From the sequence record LC727699.1: a stretch of 64,000 nucleotides of DNA. One strand, given 5' to 3'. Shown piece by piece: positions 27,566 through 41,575 of this stretch. Below the pieces are notes generated by a model. That model saw nothing but the letters and a program-made list of their open reading frames with translations, was not told where the DNA came from and searched no databases. The position numbers were made by a program, and so were the translations under genes. Position 1 is the first letter of the stretch. Each line of letters starts with the position of its first letter.

Positions 27566-29080
27566 TTAACTAATTTGGTATTTTAAATTCTGATTACCGT
27601 TTAGAACATAAATCTTACCGTCATTATTAAACGTATTGGCAAAACCTGCATCCACTAAACCAGTTTCTAAATTACCTAAATTTATCCATCGTGCTAATCG
27701 TGGTTCATAATACTTAATTGGTGCGTTATTTTGATTTTCACCAGCGATTACATAAAGTTCACCAGATGGGCGTATATTAATAGCTGCACCAAGAGGTATA
27801 CCTGTAGTTATTGGTTTGGACCAATTATTGTTGGTTTGATTGTACGATATGATTCCAGTGTTAACACCAGCACCAACCGTACCACCAATAACGCATACGC
27901 TATTATTATAAATACTCACTGAATAATCTTGGGTATATTCCCCAGTATCATTAAATGCTGCACCACTGGTATATGTATCTGTAGTTGGATTGTACATTAA
28001 TGTAAATCCACGATTATTTGTCGCAGTTGTATCAGCTGCACCTAATATGTAGATTAACCCATTAAGACTAGTTCCACGTGCATACCGGCAAGCTATCGTG
28101 CCTGGTGATTTTATTTCCCATGTATTAGTTGCAGGATCATAACACTGCATATCTTTAGTAAGTACACCATCTGTGGCACTTTCACCACCATAGAAATATA
28201 CTTTACCATTAAATGCAACAGCCGAGCATTGTTTAACTGCTATAGGCGTACCAGTTGGTTGTAATGTTGTTAACTTACCCGTGACTAAATTCAGTGTACG
28301 TAGAGCAGTATTAGCATTATTCTTACCACCGTAATAATAGACTAAGTTACCTATTTGGGCACCTGCTGCCATTTCGTTATCAGTTTCAAAATCAGTAAGT
28401 TTAATAACATTATCTTTAACGAATGGATATGTACCACTAGCATAAACCACTGGACGCCAACCTTGGGTTGCAGCACCCGTTTCACTACTTGACGAGCTAG
28501 TTATATCAATCGCATAGTAGCCACGATAGAGCTGGTCATTAACTGGATCACTACCTGGGTCTCTTCCCCAGTTAGTAGTACCATCAGTGCTAATACCACC
28601 AGCGACCGCTTGGTTAATACCTAAGTCATTATCTGTAAATTTATAAGGCCAGTTAGCACCATTTAAATTAGATACGTGAACATTATAAAGTAACCTTTGC
28701 CATTCTGATGTGGCACCAGCCATTGTTAATAAACCAAATTTATAAATGTTCCCCATAAATCTAACTTCATAGTCACCATTACGGAGTCCGGCATTATTAA
28801 GCCGTGATTTTTGTATTGATTTACGAGCTGGTTTCTTTGGTATGTAACAAGTAACATTTTTATTAGAGAACTTTAACCATGGTTGTCCATCATTGATTAC
28901 TGTTCCAAATGTCATATTAACTAATTTAGCTGCATCATCATAACCAAATAATTCTGAAGATGTTGTTTCACCATACAAACCTAATTCCCTTGTCCCAGCT
29001 ATCAGTGTTTTAGGACCTGGATAAGGATCGGAATATATAGGCGTATTTGTTAGTCCAGAAGACAACAATAACTCAAACAT
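27566..29080 (-). CDS. Virion (tail-associated) protein: phiKZ paralog-family N-terminal domain plus six-blade Kelch beta-propeller
   Basis: N-terminal MFELLL...GPKTLIAG...GLYGE...WLKF; Kelch blades VYYYGG, VYFYGG, IYILGA, VCVIGG, LYVIAG, IYVLNG. Confidence 0.75.
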   Translation of the reverse strand: MFELLLSSGLTNTPIYSDPYPGPKTLIAGTRELGLYGETTSSELFGYDDAAKLVNMTFGTVINDGQPWLKFSNKNVTCYIPKKPARKSIQKSRLNNAGLRNGDYEVRFMGNIYKFGLLTMAGATSEWQRLLYNVHVSNLNGANWPYKFTDNDLGINQAVAGGISTDGTTNWGRDPGSDPVNDQLYRGYYAIDITSSSSSETGAATQGWRPVVYASGTYPFVKDNVIKLTDFETDNEMAAGAQIGNLVYYYGGKNNANTALRTLNLVTGKLTTLQPTGTPIAVKQCSAVAFNGKVYFYGGESATDGVLTKDMQCYDPATNTWEIKSPGTIACRYARGTSLNGLIYILGAADTTATNNRGFTLMYNPTTDTYTSGAAFNDTGEYTQDYSVSIYNNSVCVIGGTVGAGVNTGIISYNQTNNNWSKPITTGIPLGAAINIRPSGELYVIAGENQNNAPIKYYEPRLARWINLGNLETGLVDAGFANTFNNDGKIYVLNGNQNLKYQIS

Positions 29081-29181
29081 TTTGTGTGCGCCTCTTTTAT
29101 AATACGTAGTGCATAAGATTGAATTCTATACAACGCAGCCTTATCTTTATGATTATAAATTAATACTGGTAGAGATATAAA

Positions 29182-30423
29182 ATGCTACATACGATAGAAA
29201 TCTCTAATGAAGTGTTAGATGTGAATGTTAAGCGTGACTTAGGTCCATTGATCGAAGAACATCTAACCAAGATTCGTGATAAATTAGATAATCAACAGAG
29301 AATAGATATTAATGATTTTAGGTCACTGAGTGATGATGTTTCTAAGATCCTCAATATGAATATAGAGTTTACACACCTGGATGATCAGGGTATAATGGGT
29401 GGTGCATACACATCCTTTACAGTTGGACATACTGGTAGTAAATTTGACAATATTAATCGAGTTACTTTAGCAACTGAGCAAGGTGTCAATACATTCATTA
29501 ATATTGATTTAACAAATTTAAAAGTTACGGGTGAGGCTGTTTCAACTTTTAAATACAAGGTCGGTTTATCTATTGGTTTATTATCGGCTATTAACCGTGT
29601 TAGTATAGCAGAAGCTACTGCCATTACATTACATGAAATTGGGCATTGTTGGGAAACACTGGCTACAATGGGTGACTACGTCTATCTTAACTATGCACTT
29701 ACTGAAGGTATACTTATCTTACAGGGTAGGAAAGCTAATAAGTATAAGATTCAATTATTGGATGAAACATGGTTAAAGAAAAACGTTGATCCAGCCGATT
29801 ATGAGAAGTTTGCTAATGATAGGACTGAAGGAAATATTCGTAAAGTCATTCTATCATCATTTAAGAAAGCGCAACGTCCGCATTTAACTGGTGATGTTCA
29901 ATCACGTAAACGCGATGAACAATTAGCTGATTTATTCGCCACTCGATTAGGTTATGGAAGGCCACTGGCAACGGCATTAACTAAATCAGGTCGGTATTAT
30001 AATGACCGTGAATATAAATCTGTTTCTAGCCATATTACTGCTGAGGTATTCAAAGGTCTATTTATGATCATTGGTTTACCTGTTACGCTAGGTATCATTG
30101 CCGGTAATTTAAAAGTTGGATATGATCCAATTAGTTCACGTTATGACAAACAACGACAACGTTTAATGAAAATTAAACAAGATCTAGTAGCACAACTTAA
30201 ATGGGTAAAGGACTCATCACTAAAACCAGGAATTGATGATGACATTAAAGTAATTGATTCATTGATAAATGATTTAGCTAATGAGTGGACCATTTTTGAT
30301 AAAATTTTAGATTTCCTTAGTCCCCAGCATCGTAAAGATAAACGGGCTACTGAATTAGAAGATACTTTAGAAAGTCTATTAAATAATGACTTATTTGTAA
30401 GAGCCTACCGCTTAACTAAATAG
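29182..30423 (+). CDS. Virion protein with zincin metallopeptidase motif (gp84 position)
   Basis: LHEIGH at 29632 and downstream EQLADLFA-x-x-x-GYG. Confidence 0.65.
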   Translation: MLHTIEISNEVLDVNVKRDLGPLIEEHLTKIRDKLDNQQRIDINDFRSLSDDVSKILNMNIEFTHLDDQGIMGGAYTSFTVGHTGSKFDNINRVTLATEQGVNTFINIDLTNLKVTGEAVSTFKYKVGLSIGLLSAINRVSIAEATAITLHEIGHCWETLATMGDYVYLNYALTEGILILQGRKANKYKIQLLDETWLKKNVDPADYEKFANDRTEGNIRKVILSSFKKAQRPHLTGDVQSRKRDEQLADLFATRLGYGRPLATALTKSGRYYNDREYKSVSSHITAEVFKGLFMIIGLPVTLGIIAGNLKVGYDPISSRYDKQRQRLMKIKQDLVAQLKWVKDSSLKPGIDDDIKVIDSLINDLANEWTIFDKILDFLSPQHRKDKRATELEDTLESLLNNDLFVRAYRLTK

Positions 30424-30434
30424 AGAGAAAAATC

Positions 30435-30884
30435 ATGCAACAATTAGGTTTTGAACTTTCCCGTATTCTAAAGCAACTGCCTAACTTAGGTGGTTCTGAT
30501 CGTAAAACCCGCGCAATGCTCCTAGCTAATGCGGTGGCATTACAGATTCCATTTGAGATTTTACTTGATTTCAATGAACAACAGGATAAAGCTGTTGCTA
30601 AATTTAAGAAAATCTTAAGTAAAGTTAATGAGAATATTGCAGTTGATACTAAACTAGCCGTAACATATTTTAACAATATTCTTCGCATTCGCCAAAGTCT
30701 TATCAACGGTATTACTGATCCATGTCTTGTCAAAGCTGTACTGACATCTGATACCGCTAATGATTATCTAACTGTCGATGATATCAATATTGTCTCTGCC
30801 GTTGTTAATGGCCCAGATTATAACCGTATCCAAGCAGACATGGGTAATGCATTAAATCAATTAATCGGTAGTATTGATGAGTGA
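30435..30884 (+). CDS. Virion structural protein (gp85 position)
   Basis: 149-aa ORF in the late operon. Confidence 0.7.
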   Translation: MQQLGFELSRILKQLPNLGGSDRKTRAMLLANAVALQIPFEILLDFNEQQDKAVAKFKKILSKVNENIAVDTKLAVTYFNNILRIRQSLINGITDPCLVKAVLTSDTANDYLTVDDINIVSAVVNGPDYNRIQADMGNALNQLIGSIDE

Positions 30885-32163
30885 GGTTAAACCCATGTCT
30901 CATGTTAAAGAAGTAGATGTCGAAGAGGAAAAACTTTTCTTTGATGAGAACCAACCAGAGATGGTTGAAGGCGAAGAAGAGACTGTTTCAAGTGCCTCGG
31001 CTCCTGAAATTTTAGCTAAGATGTGTGTAGCTGTCGAAGCGATTCATCAGCTATCTGATATTTATGCAATCACTAAACTTGAAGGCGTATCAAAACCAGA
31101 TGTTGATGGTATTCGAGCATTAGTTAAGCGCATGAGCACTGAAGGGTTTGAAGCTCCTAAGAAAGCAGTAGCTTCACTTGAGCAATATGCTTCTATGTTT
31201 ACACCAACCCGTAGTACTCTTAATGTGACTATTTCTCAAGAGGCAGTGATGGCTACCATCATTAATACTCTTAAGACTTGGTTTGAGAAACTAATGGAAC
31301 TATTTGCTAAGCTGATGCGTTGGATTAGTGATTTTAAGAAGCGCGATGTTGTTGTAGCAACTCGTTATGGAAAGATTGTCCGGGCAGTTGATCAAGCACG
31401 TACTCTCTTTCAAGAGTTACTAGTTAAAAATCGATTAGGTAATCGAAAGGATGCGCTACTAGAAAAGTTTGATGCAATTGCACAATCAATCATTGATGAT
31501 CCTAAAATCCTAGCTAGTCGTGTATATGCTGCTGCATTTGGTAGTGTATACTACCAGAAAGAAATCATTAATATTAATAATGAAGCACGTACTGAACTAG
31601 GTACAATGGAAAAGCTAGTTGGCACTATCATTGAATATGTTAATTACAATGGTGATGATTATCGTGCACTTATGCCTATCGCTAATATCCGTGAGATTGG
31701 TAAACTAGCTACCCGGTGCAATGAACTATCTACAGTGTATCCTGATCGTTCAAGCATTCCAGATTTCCCTGATAAGAATTTCTGGAAAAACTCACATCTG
31801 TTAAAAGATCGTTTTGTCGCACCACTTGATGATTTGTTAAAAGCATATCGCAATAGCAGTGATACTCTACGTAAGTTAAAGCAACTATCACGTAATTATA
31901 GTCAAGAAACTATTGATGCTATTGGTGAGTCTGTTCAATTAATCAACACTTCCCTTGAAGGTATGCGTCGTATTACTGATACGATGTTTGAATATTCTCA
32001 AGCACAATATCTAGCAGCTAGTTGCGTACTTAACTATTATGGTAAGTGTGCACAAGTAGTTAGTGAAGATTATAAGATCCATGGCTTCAATGATGCTATT
32101 CGCGAATGGCAGCGTCGATTTGATAAAGTCATCGATGACTTTAAACGTGGTTATGCAATGTAA
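30877..32163 (+). CDS. Internal head protein family member (gp86 position)
   Basis: Acidic N-terminal propeptide; STE, SLE and SQE protease sites. Confidence 0.7.
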   Translation: MSEVKPMSHVKEVDVEEEKLFFDENQPEMVEGEEETVSSASAPEILAKMCVAVEAIHQLSDIYAITKLEGVSKPDVDGIRALVKRMSTEGFEAPKKAVASLEQYASMFTPTRSTLNVTISQEAVMATIINTLKTWFEKLMELFAKLMRWISDFKKRDVVVATRYGKIVRAVDQARTLFQELLVKNRLGNRKDALLEKFDAIAQSIIDDPKILASRVYAAAFGSVYYQKEIININNEARTELGTMEKLVGTIIEYVNYNGDDYRALMPIANIREIGKLATRCNELSTVYPDRSSIPDFPDKNFWKNSHLLKDRFVAPLDDLLKAYRNSSDTLRKLKQLSRNYSQETIDAIGESVQLINTSLEGMRRITDTMFEYSQAQYLAASCVLNYYGKCAQVVSEDYKIHGFNDAIREWQRRFDKVIDDFKRGYAM

Positions 32164-32170
32164 AATACAA

Positions 32171-32201
32171 CATAATGCCCTCCCCTAGGGGAGGGCTTAT
32201 G
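32171..32201. terminator. CATAA-hairpin-TTATG bidirectional element
   Basis: GCCCTCCCC-TA-GGGGAGGGC between convergent stops 32163 and 32205. Confidence 0.75.
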
Positions 32202-32204
32202 ACC

Positions 32205-36176
<3,972 letters not shown>

Positions 36177-36212
36177 TTATAACTCTCTGCAAACCCATAT
36201 AGGAAGAGAAAA

Positions 36213-37376
36213 ATGCCATTACCTGTAATCGCCGGAGCAGTAAGTTCTGCTCTGATGACTGTTGCTGCTGATCAAGGTGTACGTGGTCTAATGCAGACTG
36301 TCCTACAAGCCACTAAAAATGGTGTAGAGATTTCTTCTCTAACCGATCTAGCACGTCCAACTCGTGTTGAACCATTGGTCATCGTAGACCAAACCTTAGT
36401 TGATCAACCTTACATGAAAGACGTTATGAAATTTGTTTCATCGTCTTTTACTGGTTATTATCTACAAGCTGTTAATATGCTTCTAGGTGTGGATAAGATT
36501 GATACTTTAAAAGTATTCGATACTATTAATCCTAACCGTACAGGTGTAACTCGCACTAGTGTATTCTCTGCCGAAGAGTATTCTGATGGTCTTCCTTCAT
36601 TAGAGTCTTTTGAGAAGCCTGTGCATTTACCAAATATCGTCGCTGAACACTCACATGAGCGTTGGGTAGCTTCAATGGAAGCGAATGACGAAAGTACAAG
36701 TGCACAAAGTATTTCTAGTGGTGATACACAAAAGATTTATGAAGTTGAAAACCTTGCCGTTGGTAAGCTGGTTAACGTTGATGTTAAATCAGGAAAGCAG
36801 AAAGCTAAAATTCCTGTTATGATCCGTTTAATTCCAGCCGCTGTTAGTCCTCAGATTATTGCGCACATCTTTAGTGCTGGTGGACGAGATACTTGGCTAC
36901 ATCGCCTATTTCTAGTAAAAACTGGTCAAATTAAATTCTGGCGTGACTTCGTTCTAGGTCAAGATATGATCGATGAACATTATCGCATTCTAATGAATGA
37001 TAAATCAGGTGTTTATAAACAAATCACCGATCGCCGCCGTAACAACTGGAAACAATCAGTTCGCAGTGGTACGGTTTCATTAGCAGATGCATCAAATATC
37101 GCGATTGTATCAACTTCAACTCTTAAAGCTGCTTCTAATTCTCTTTATGGTCGTATTGATGATTTCGCCACTCGGCAAAAGATCTTTGACAATAGCTATC
37201 TAATGATGCTTGTTGTTATTGATGACCGTTATGAGCGAGTAACTATTTATCATCGTGGGGTTGATCTATCTACATCTCACCGACTTGATGAAATTAAAAT
37301 GGCTGAAAAGAATAAAGGTCCGGATATCACTGAGATCTTTAAAATGATGAATAAAACCATGTCTACCAATATTTAA
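36213..37376 (+). CDS. Inner-body head protein (phiKZ gp89 homolog)
   Basis: 387 aa; SAE, SLE and SME cleavage motifs; synteny. Confidence 0.7.
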   Translation: MPLPVIAGAVSSALMTVAADQGVRGLMQTVLQATKNGVEISSLTDLARPTRVEPLVIVDQTLVDQPYMKDVMKFVSSSFTGYYLQAVNMLLGVDKIDTLKVFDTINPNRTGVTRTSVFSAEEYSDGLPSLESFEKPVHLPNIVAEHSHERWVASMEANDESTSAQSISSGDTQKIYEVENLAVGKLVNVDVKSGKQKAKIPVMIRLIPAAVSPQIIAHIFSAGGRDTWLHRLFLVKTGQIKFWRDFVLGQDMIDEHYRILMNDKSGVYKQITDRRRNNWKQSVRSGTVSLADASNIAIVSTSTLKAASNSLYGRIDDFATRQKIFDNSYLMMLVVIDDRYERVTIYHRGVDLSTSHRLDEIKMAEKNKGPDITEIFKMMNKTMSTNI

Positions 37377-37386
37377 GGACTGAGTG

Positions 37387-38316
37387 ATGAGAATTATTGA
37401 TTATGTACGTGAACTCGCACCAGTTACTGAACGTCGTGAACTATTAAATCAAATCCGTTCATTACGTGAAGAATATGATGCAACTCTCGCACCAATTATT
37501 GACGATGTAGGTGAAGTATTTGGTAATATGCAACTTAAATCAGATTTAGGTATGCGGTTATCTACTGAACTACGGCGAGCGATTAGTTTTAATACTGAAC
37601 CGATTAAACTAGTACTGGATACTCTTTCAAATATTCGTGGTAGTTTTGATATGATCGAAAGCGAAATCCGGCGTTTATTTGCTATTCAGTTTACTAACTC
37701 TAATCTAACCTTTGACCGTGCAAACATGTTACGTTTTGTTGATGGTCTTAGTTTCTATATTCGTTATGGCCGTAAACTACTACTAAATCTAATTGCACAA
37801 GAAGCAATGAAATTAGGTAAGGCTACTGAATTAAAATCATCTCGTGCTGAGAAAGAATGGCTATACACTAATATGGCGCAATTCATTACTCTGTATCCAG
37901 CAATGAGTCTTAAGACTAATGAACTGAAACAACGCTTAAGCCGTGCATCTAGTGCTGAAGTCAATGAAGGTACTTATGATGTAGCTGTGAGTGCTCTCTC
38001 TATAGCTCAACGTGATCCACTTAACATGGATGGCTTCTCACCTCGTCAGAACCCGTTCGTGCTATTTGGCAAGTTCTTAGCTGAGTATCAGGTTGAACGT
38101 TTTAAAGAAGCTGAGCAAGAATTCCTTGCACTTCAGCTACGTTTACAAGAAATGCGGGAAATGCAAAGTAATGGTAAAGTGGATGCACGCCTACAGAAGC
38201 TTATTAAAGAGTATGAAATTCGTATCTCTGATTATAACTATCGCCTAGGTATGATCCAAGATCGCGCATCTGAGTTCTTTGCTAACCATCGTGATCTACT
38301 ATCTCTTGGTCACTAA
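37387..38316 (+). CDS. Inner-body head protein (phiKZ gp90 homolog)
   Basis: About 310-aa helical protein with C-terminal coiled coil; synteny. Confidence 0.7.
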   Translation: MRIIDYVRELAPVTERRELLNQIRSLREEYDATLAPIIDDVGEVFGNMQLKSDLGMRLSTELRRAISFNTEPIKLVLDTLSNIRGSFDMIESEIRRLFAIQFTNSNLTFDRANMLRFVDGLSFYIRYGRKLLLNLIAQEAMKLGKATELKSSRAEKEWLYTNMAQFITLYPAMSLKTNELKQRLSRASSAEVNEGTYDVAVSALSIAQRDPLNMDGFSPRQNPFVLFGKFLAEYQVERFKEAEQEFLALQLRLQEMREMQSNGKVDARLQKLIKEYEIRISDYNYRLGMIQDRASEFFANHRDLLSLGH

Positions 38317-38330
38317 TGGAGGGCATTGAT

Positions 38331-38861
38331 ATGCCAGCAACTAATGCTGTACGCCCATTTGGTCGTAATTACTCAGGTGGTCAACAACAGGCCATTTCAC
38401 GGTTCACTGCTCGTCCCGGTGATCCTCAAGTTGAAGAACTATATCTTATCTTTACCAACTTTCCTGCACAAACTGCATATTGGGAATTCCATAAGAAAGT
38501 TCTAGCTTGTGCTATTCGTCTTTTTAGCGGAAACTATAATTGGTTTATTCTACAGGACAATAATAGTAATATTGATAGTTATAATTATCAATTCCTATTA
38601 GATACTGTTCGATACATTGCTACGGGTCATCGACGTATTTCAATTACCCAATGGCCAATGTTACTAGCTACTGAACCAGATGCTGGTGCACAACTCATTG
38701 AACCGCGCGCTGAAATTGCTACTCTCTTTAATGAGTTAAAATTAGATCTAGATACTGTTTCAATGATCCAGAATTGGGTTAAACACAAAAACGGTATGAA
38801 TGATCTAATGTATACCCTACATCTACTATTTGGATCTGTAGAAGTAATAGATAAGGACTGA
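38331..38861 (+). CDS. Hypothetical virion protein (gp91 position)
   Basis: GGAGG SD before ATG 38331. Confidence 0.65.
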   Translation: MPATNAVRPFGRNYSGGQQQAISRFTARPGDPQVEELYLIFTNFPAQTAYWEFHKKVLACAIRLFSGNYNWFILQDNNSNIDSYNYQFLLDTVRYIATGHRRISITQWPMLLATEPDAGAQLIEPRAEIATLFNELKLDLDTVSMIQNWVKHKNGMNDLMYTLHLLFGSVEVIDKD

Positions 38862-38870
38862 GGACTATCT

Positions 38871-40193
38871 ATGACTAATAATTCACTTAGTCATTCGGTC
38901 TTACTTGAATCAATCGACGGGGACAGCCCCGTCGATATGATCGCTACATGCGATGGATATCTAAAAGAATTATTGCCATCAATTGAAGATATTCAAAGTA
39001 GATTAGAATGCACTGAAAAAGACATTTTAGTTAAAACCTATACCGATGGCTTATTTCAAAAATATGCAGATAACCAAGATGTTGTTAGTGAACACATTCT
39101 AAAAACTGAGAATGTGTCATTAGAAGACCTATCTAAGACAGCACGAAATACCTGGGATGAAATGAAAAAATCCCAAGCAAAGCATCGAGATGAGTTAAAA
39201 GAGTATGCACGTGTTATTACACAAGGTAATCAACGTACTCTTGAACGAATAAACATGCTTTTAGAAAGAGCTGAAAATATTAAGCATGGGCCATTTAAGC
39301 AAGAATTAAAATTTAAAAATACTAAACGATTTAGTATTGATGGTAAATTCGAACCGACTACAGTTGATCCGATACTCATGCAAGTTAACAACTTGATAGC
39401 TTTCTATGATAAATCCCTACTCTTGTATATCCAATCTGTAGCGGATATCCTTAGGAAATTATCATTTGATGAAAAATGGACTGATAGAGCTGCACAAGAC
39501 TTTAGTAAGTTTAATGTTAAGAACTGGATGAAGGGTGCAGTACCTATTAAGAAAGATGATAGATTTAGAGTAAGTTCTACAGTTTATCGTAGTATGCCAG
39601 TTCAAGGTAATAAGACTTTATTTGGCGCAGGGCCAACTGAAACACAGACTGAAGAGATCAGGGATTGGGATTTTTTAGTAAATACTGTCCGTGATTTTGC
39701 CTTTAAGTTTTATACTATTCCTACTATGAAGGATGCACCTGAAGGTAACAATACCTTTAAGGTTAATGATACGAGTTCAATTGGAAGACGGTTAGTATTA
39801 TTAAGCGAAATGGCTAAACGTATAGATGCTAGAAAAGATTATGCAACTAAACTAGATTTTGAATTTGGTAGGTTAATGCAGTTAGCCGAGACTAATCGTC
39901 AACAAGCTGGTAGGATTCGGGCACAACAATCTAATATGCGAAATCGTCAAGCAAAAGTTCAAGATCCTGATGCACCTGATGGCATCCCTGCTATCTCAAA
40001 TATCATTAATTCAATTACATTAATGATCAATAATGTAAGTCGCGTTGTAACAGATTTTAGTAATGCTCTTGCTGGTTTAGTCAGAGTAATGGGTCGACTA
40101 GTATTCGTGACCGAGTTAGAATTAAAAGCTTACCAGCGTCCAATTCAAAGACCTACGCAAGAACAAGTAAATAATCCCTCCCAGGTAAGGTAA
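38871..40193 (+). CDS. Virion head protein (gp92 position)
   Basis: 440 aa; VSLEDL cleavage-type motif; GAGG SD. Confidence 0.7.
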   Translation: MTNNSLSHSVLLESIDGDSPVDMIATCDGYLKELLPSIEDIQSRLECTEKDILVKTYTDGLFQKYADNQDVVSEHILKTENVSLEDLSKTARNTWDEMKKSQAKHRDELKEYARVITQGNQRTLERINMLLERAENIKHGPFKQELKFKNTKRFSIDGKFEPTTVDPILMQVNNLIAFYDKSLLLYIQSVADILRKLSFDEKWTDRAAQDFSKFNVKNWMKGAVPIKKDDRFRVSSTVYRSMPVQGNKTLFGAGPTETQTEEIRDWDFLVNTVRDFAFKFYTIPTMKDAPEGNNTFKVNDTSSIGRRLVLLSEMAKRIDARKDYATKLDFEFGRLMQLAETNRQQAGRIRAQQSNMRNRQAKVQDPDAPDGIPAISNIINSITLMINNVSRVVTDFSNALAGLVRVMGRLVFVTELELKAYQRPIQRPTQEQVNNPSQVR

Positions 40194-40198
40194 TTAAC

Positions 40199-41506
40199 AT
40201 GTCTCTACTTAAAATGCTAGACAAACTATCACTTGAATCAATTGAAGATCAAGGCACTACGATTCATGGTGATGTTGAATTAGTCGTTGAAAATAAAACT
40301 TCTGCTGATGTATCATCCGTTTTAGCAGAAGTAGATCAGATTGAAAATAATCCCGTAGAAGAAGTTCTTGATGCAGATGATGCTATTCAACCAACTGCAT
40401 TAGATACTGAAGTAACTATTGTTCAAGCTGAAGATGAATTAGGGCTAATTGAAGATGCTAAAGAAGCACTTGAAAAGTTCCAAGGTCTTTTACTTCAAGC
40501 TGGTGAAGATGGTATCTCTCGACAAGCAGCTGCCTTCATGCATGTTGGCATGGAATCAATCGATCGTATCCTAGGTATTGAAAAATCTGGACTCACTGCC
40601 GCGCTTGAGAATTACGATGCTTCTCCACGCAGCGCTATTCAGAAAGCAGCTGTTATCTCTCTTGAGGATCTCAAAGAGAAACTAAAAGAAGCAGGTAAGA
40701 AAGCTTTAGAGATTATCAAGAAAATTGTTGCAATGATAAAGCAGAAGATTAAAGATTTTAATCCTAAGCTGATTGCACTCGATATGCGTATTACTAAAAC
40801 TATTGATGCTATTAAATCACTCAAAGCCGGTGATCTAAAGAAAGAAGAGATTAAGTTCACTCCTTCTGAGTATATGGTATCTAGTAGTGGCTTTATTGCA
40901 AATAATCCGAAGACTATTGCAGACTTCATGACTGTATTCTCAACTCAGTATGTATCTGCTCTTAGGAAATATGGCGAACTTGGAGTACGTTATCTCAAAG
41001 GTGACAAGTCTATTGATATTGATCAAGTCACCAGTGATTTACAAGCTAAGATGGCTGAAGATATTAATAAAGCCGTTGAGAAAGCTCCTGGTAATGTTAA
41101 GTTAGAAGTTACTTCTTCTAAGTCAGGTGTGAATAAGTGGGAAGTTGTTGAGGGTGATGGGGAAACGGATCTACATGAAGTTGAAGTTGATGTCCGTGCA
41201 CCGAGTAAAATCTTAGCACATCTTAATATTCTTAAAGGTCTTGTTATTAAACTACAGGACTTTAATAAGATTGATTACAAGATTGCTGAGAATCTTGAAA
41301 AGGCCCTAGCTGATTGGAATCCTGACGAAGCAGGCATGTCAAAAGAAACAGCGCGTGATGCACTGAATATTGGTGGTATTGATAATAGTGCACTAGTTAA
41401 CTATATTGCTAAATGCATCGCTGCGCAGTATACATTTATTGTTAAACATGAATTAGCTGCGTACGGCAAAGAAACTTCTAAAGCACCTGAGAATGATGAG
41501 AAGTAA
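40199..41506 (+). CDS. phiKZ-type internal head protein (gp93 homolog)
   Basis: LSLES, ALENY, ISLED motifs; GISRQAAAFMH block shared with the two following genes. Confidence 0.8.
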   Translation: MSLLKMLDKLSLESIEDQGTTIHGDVELVVENKTSADVSSVLAEVDQIENNPVEEVLDADDAIQPTALDTEVTIVQAEDELGLIEDAKEALEKFQGLLLQAGEDGISRQAAAFMHVGMESIDRILGIEKSGLTAALENYDASPRSAIQKAAVISLEDLKEKLKEAGKKALEIIKKIVAMIKQKIKDFNPKLIALDMRITKTIDAIKSLKAGDLKKEEIKFTPSEYMVSSSGFIANNPKTIADFMTVFSTQYVSALRKYGELGVRYLKGDKSIDIDQVTSDLQAKMAEDINKAVEKAPGNVKLEVTSSKSGVNKWEVVEGDGETDLHEVEVDVRAPSKILAHLNILKGLVIKLQDFNKIDYKIAENLEKALADWNPDEAGMSKETARDALNIGGIDNSALVNYIAKCIAAQYTFIVKHELAAYGKETSKAPENDEK

Positions 41507-41510
41507 CAAA

Positions 41511-41543
41511 CATAATGAGGAACCCTTCGGGGTTCCTCTTATG
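41511..41543 (+). terminator. CATAA-hairpin-TTATG element
   Basis: GAGGAACCC-TTCG-GGGTTCCTC stem with UUCG tetraloop. Confidence 0.75.
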
Positions 41544-41575
41544 CTATGTAATTAAGTATTCTTGAGGAATTGTAA

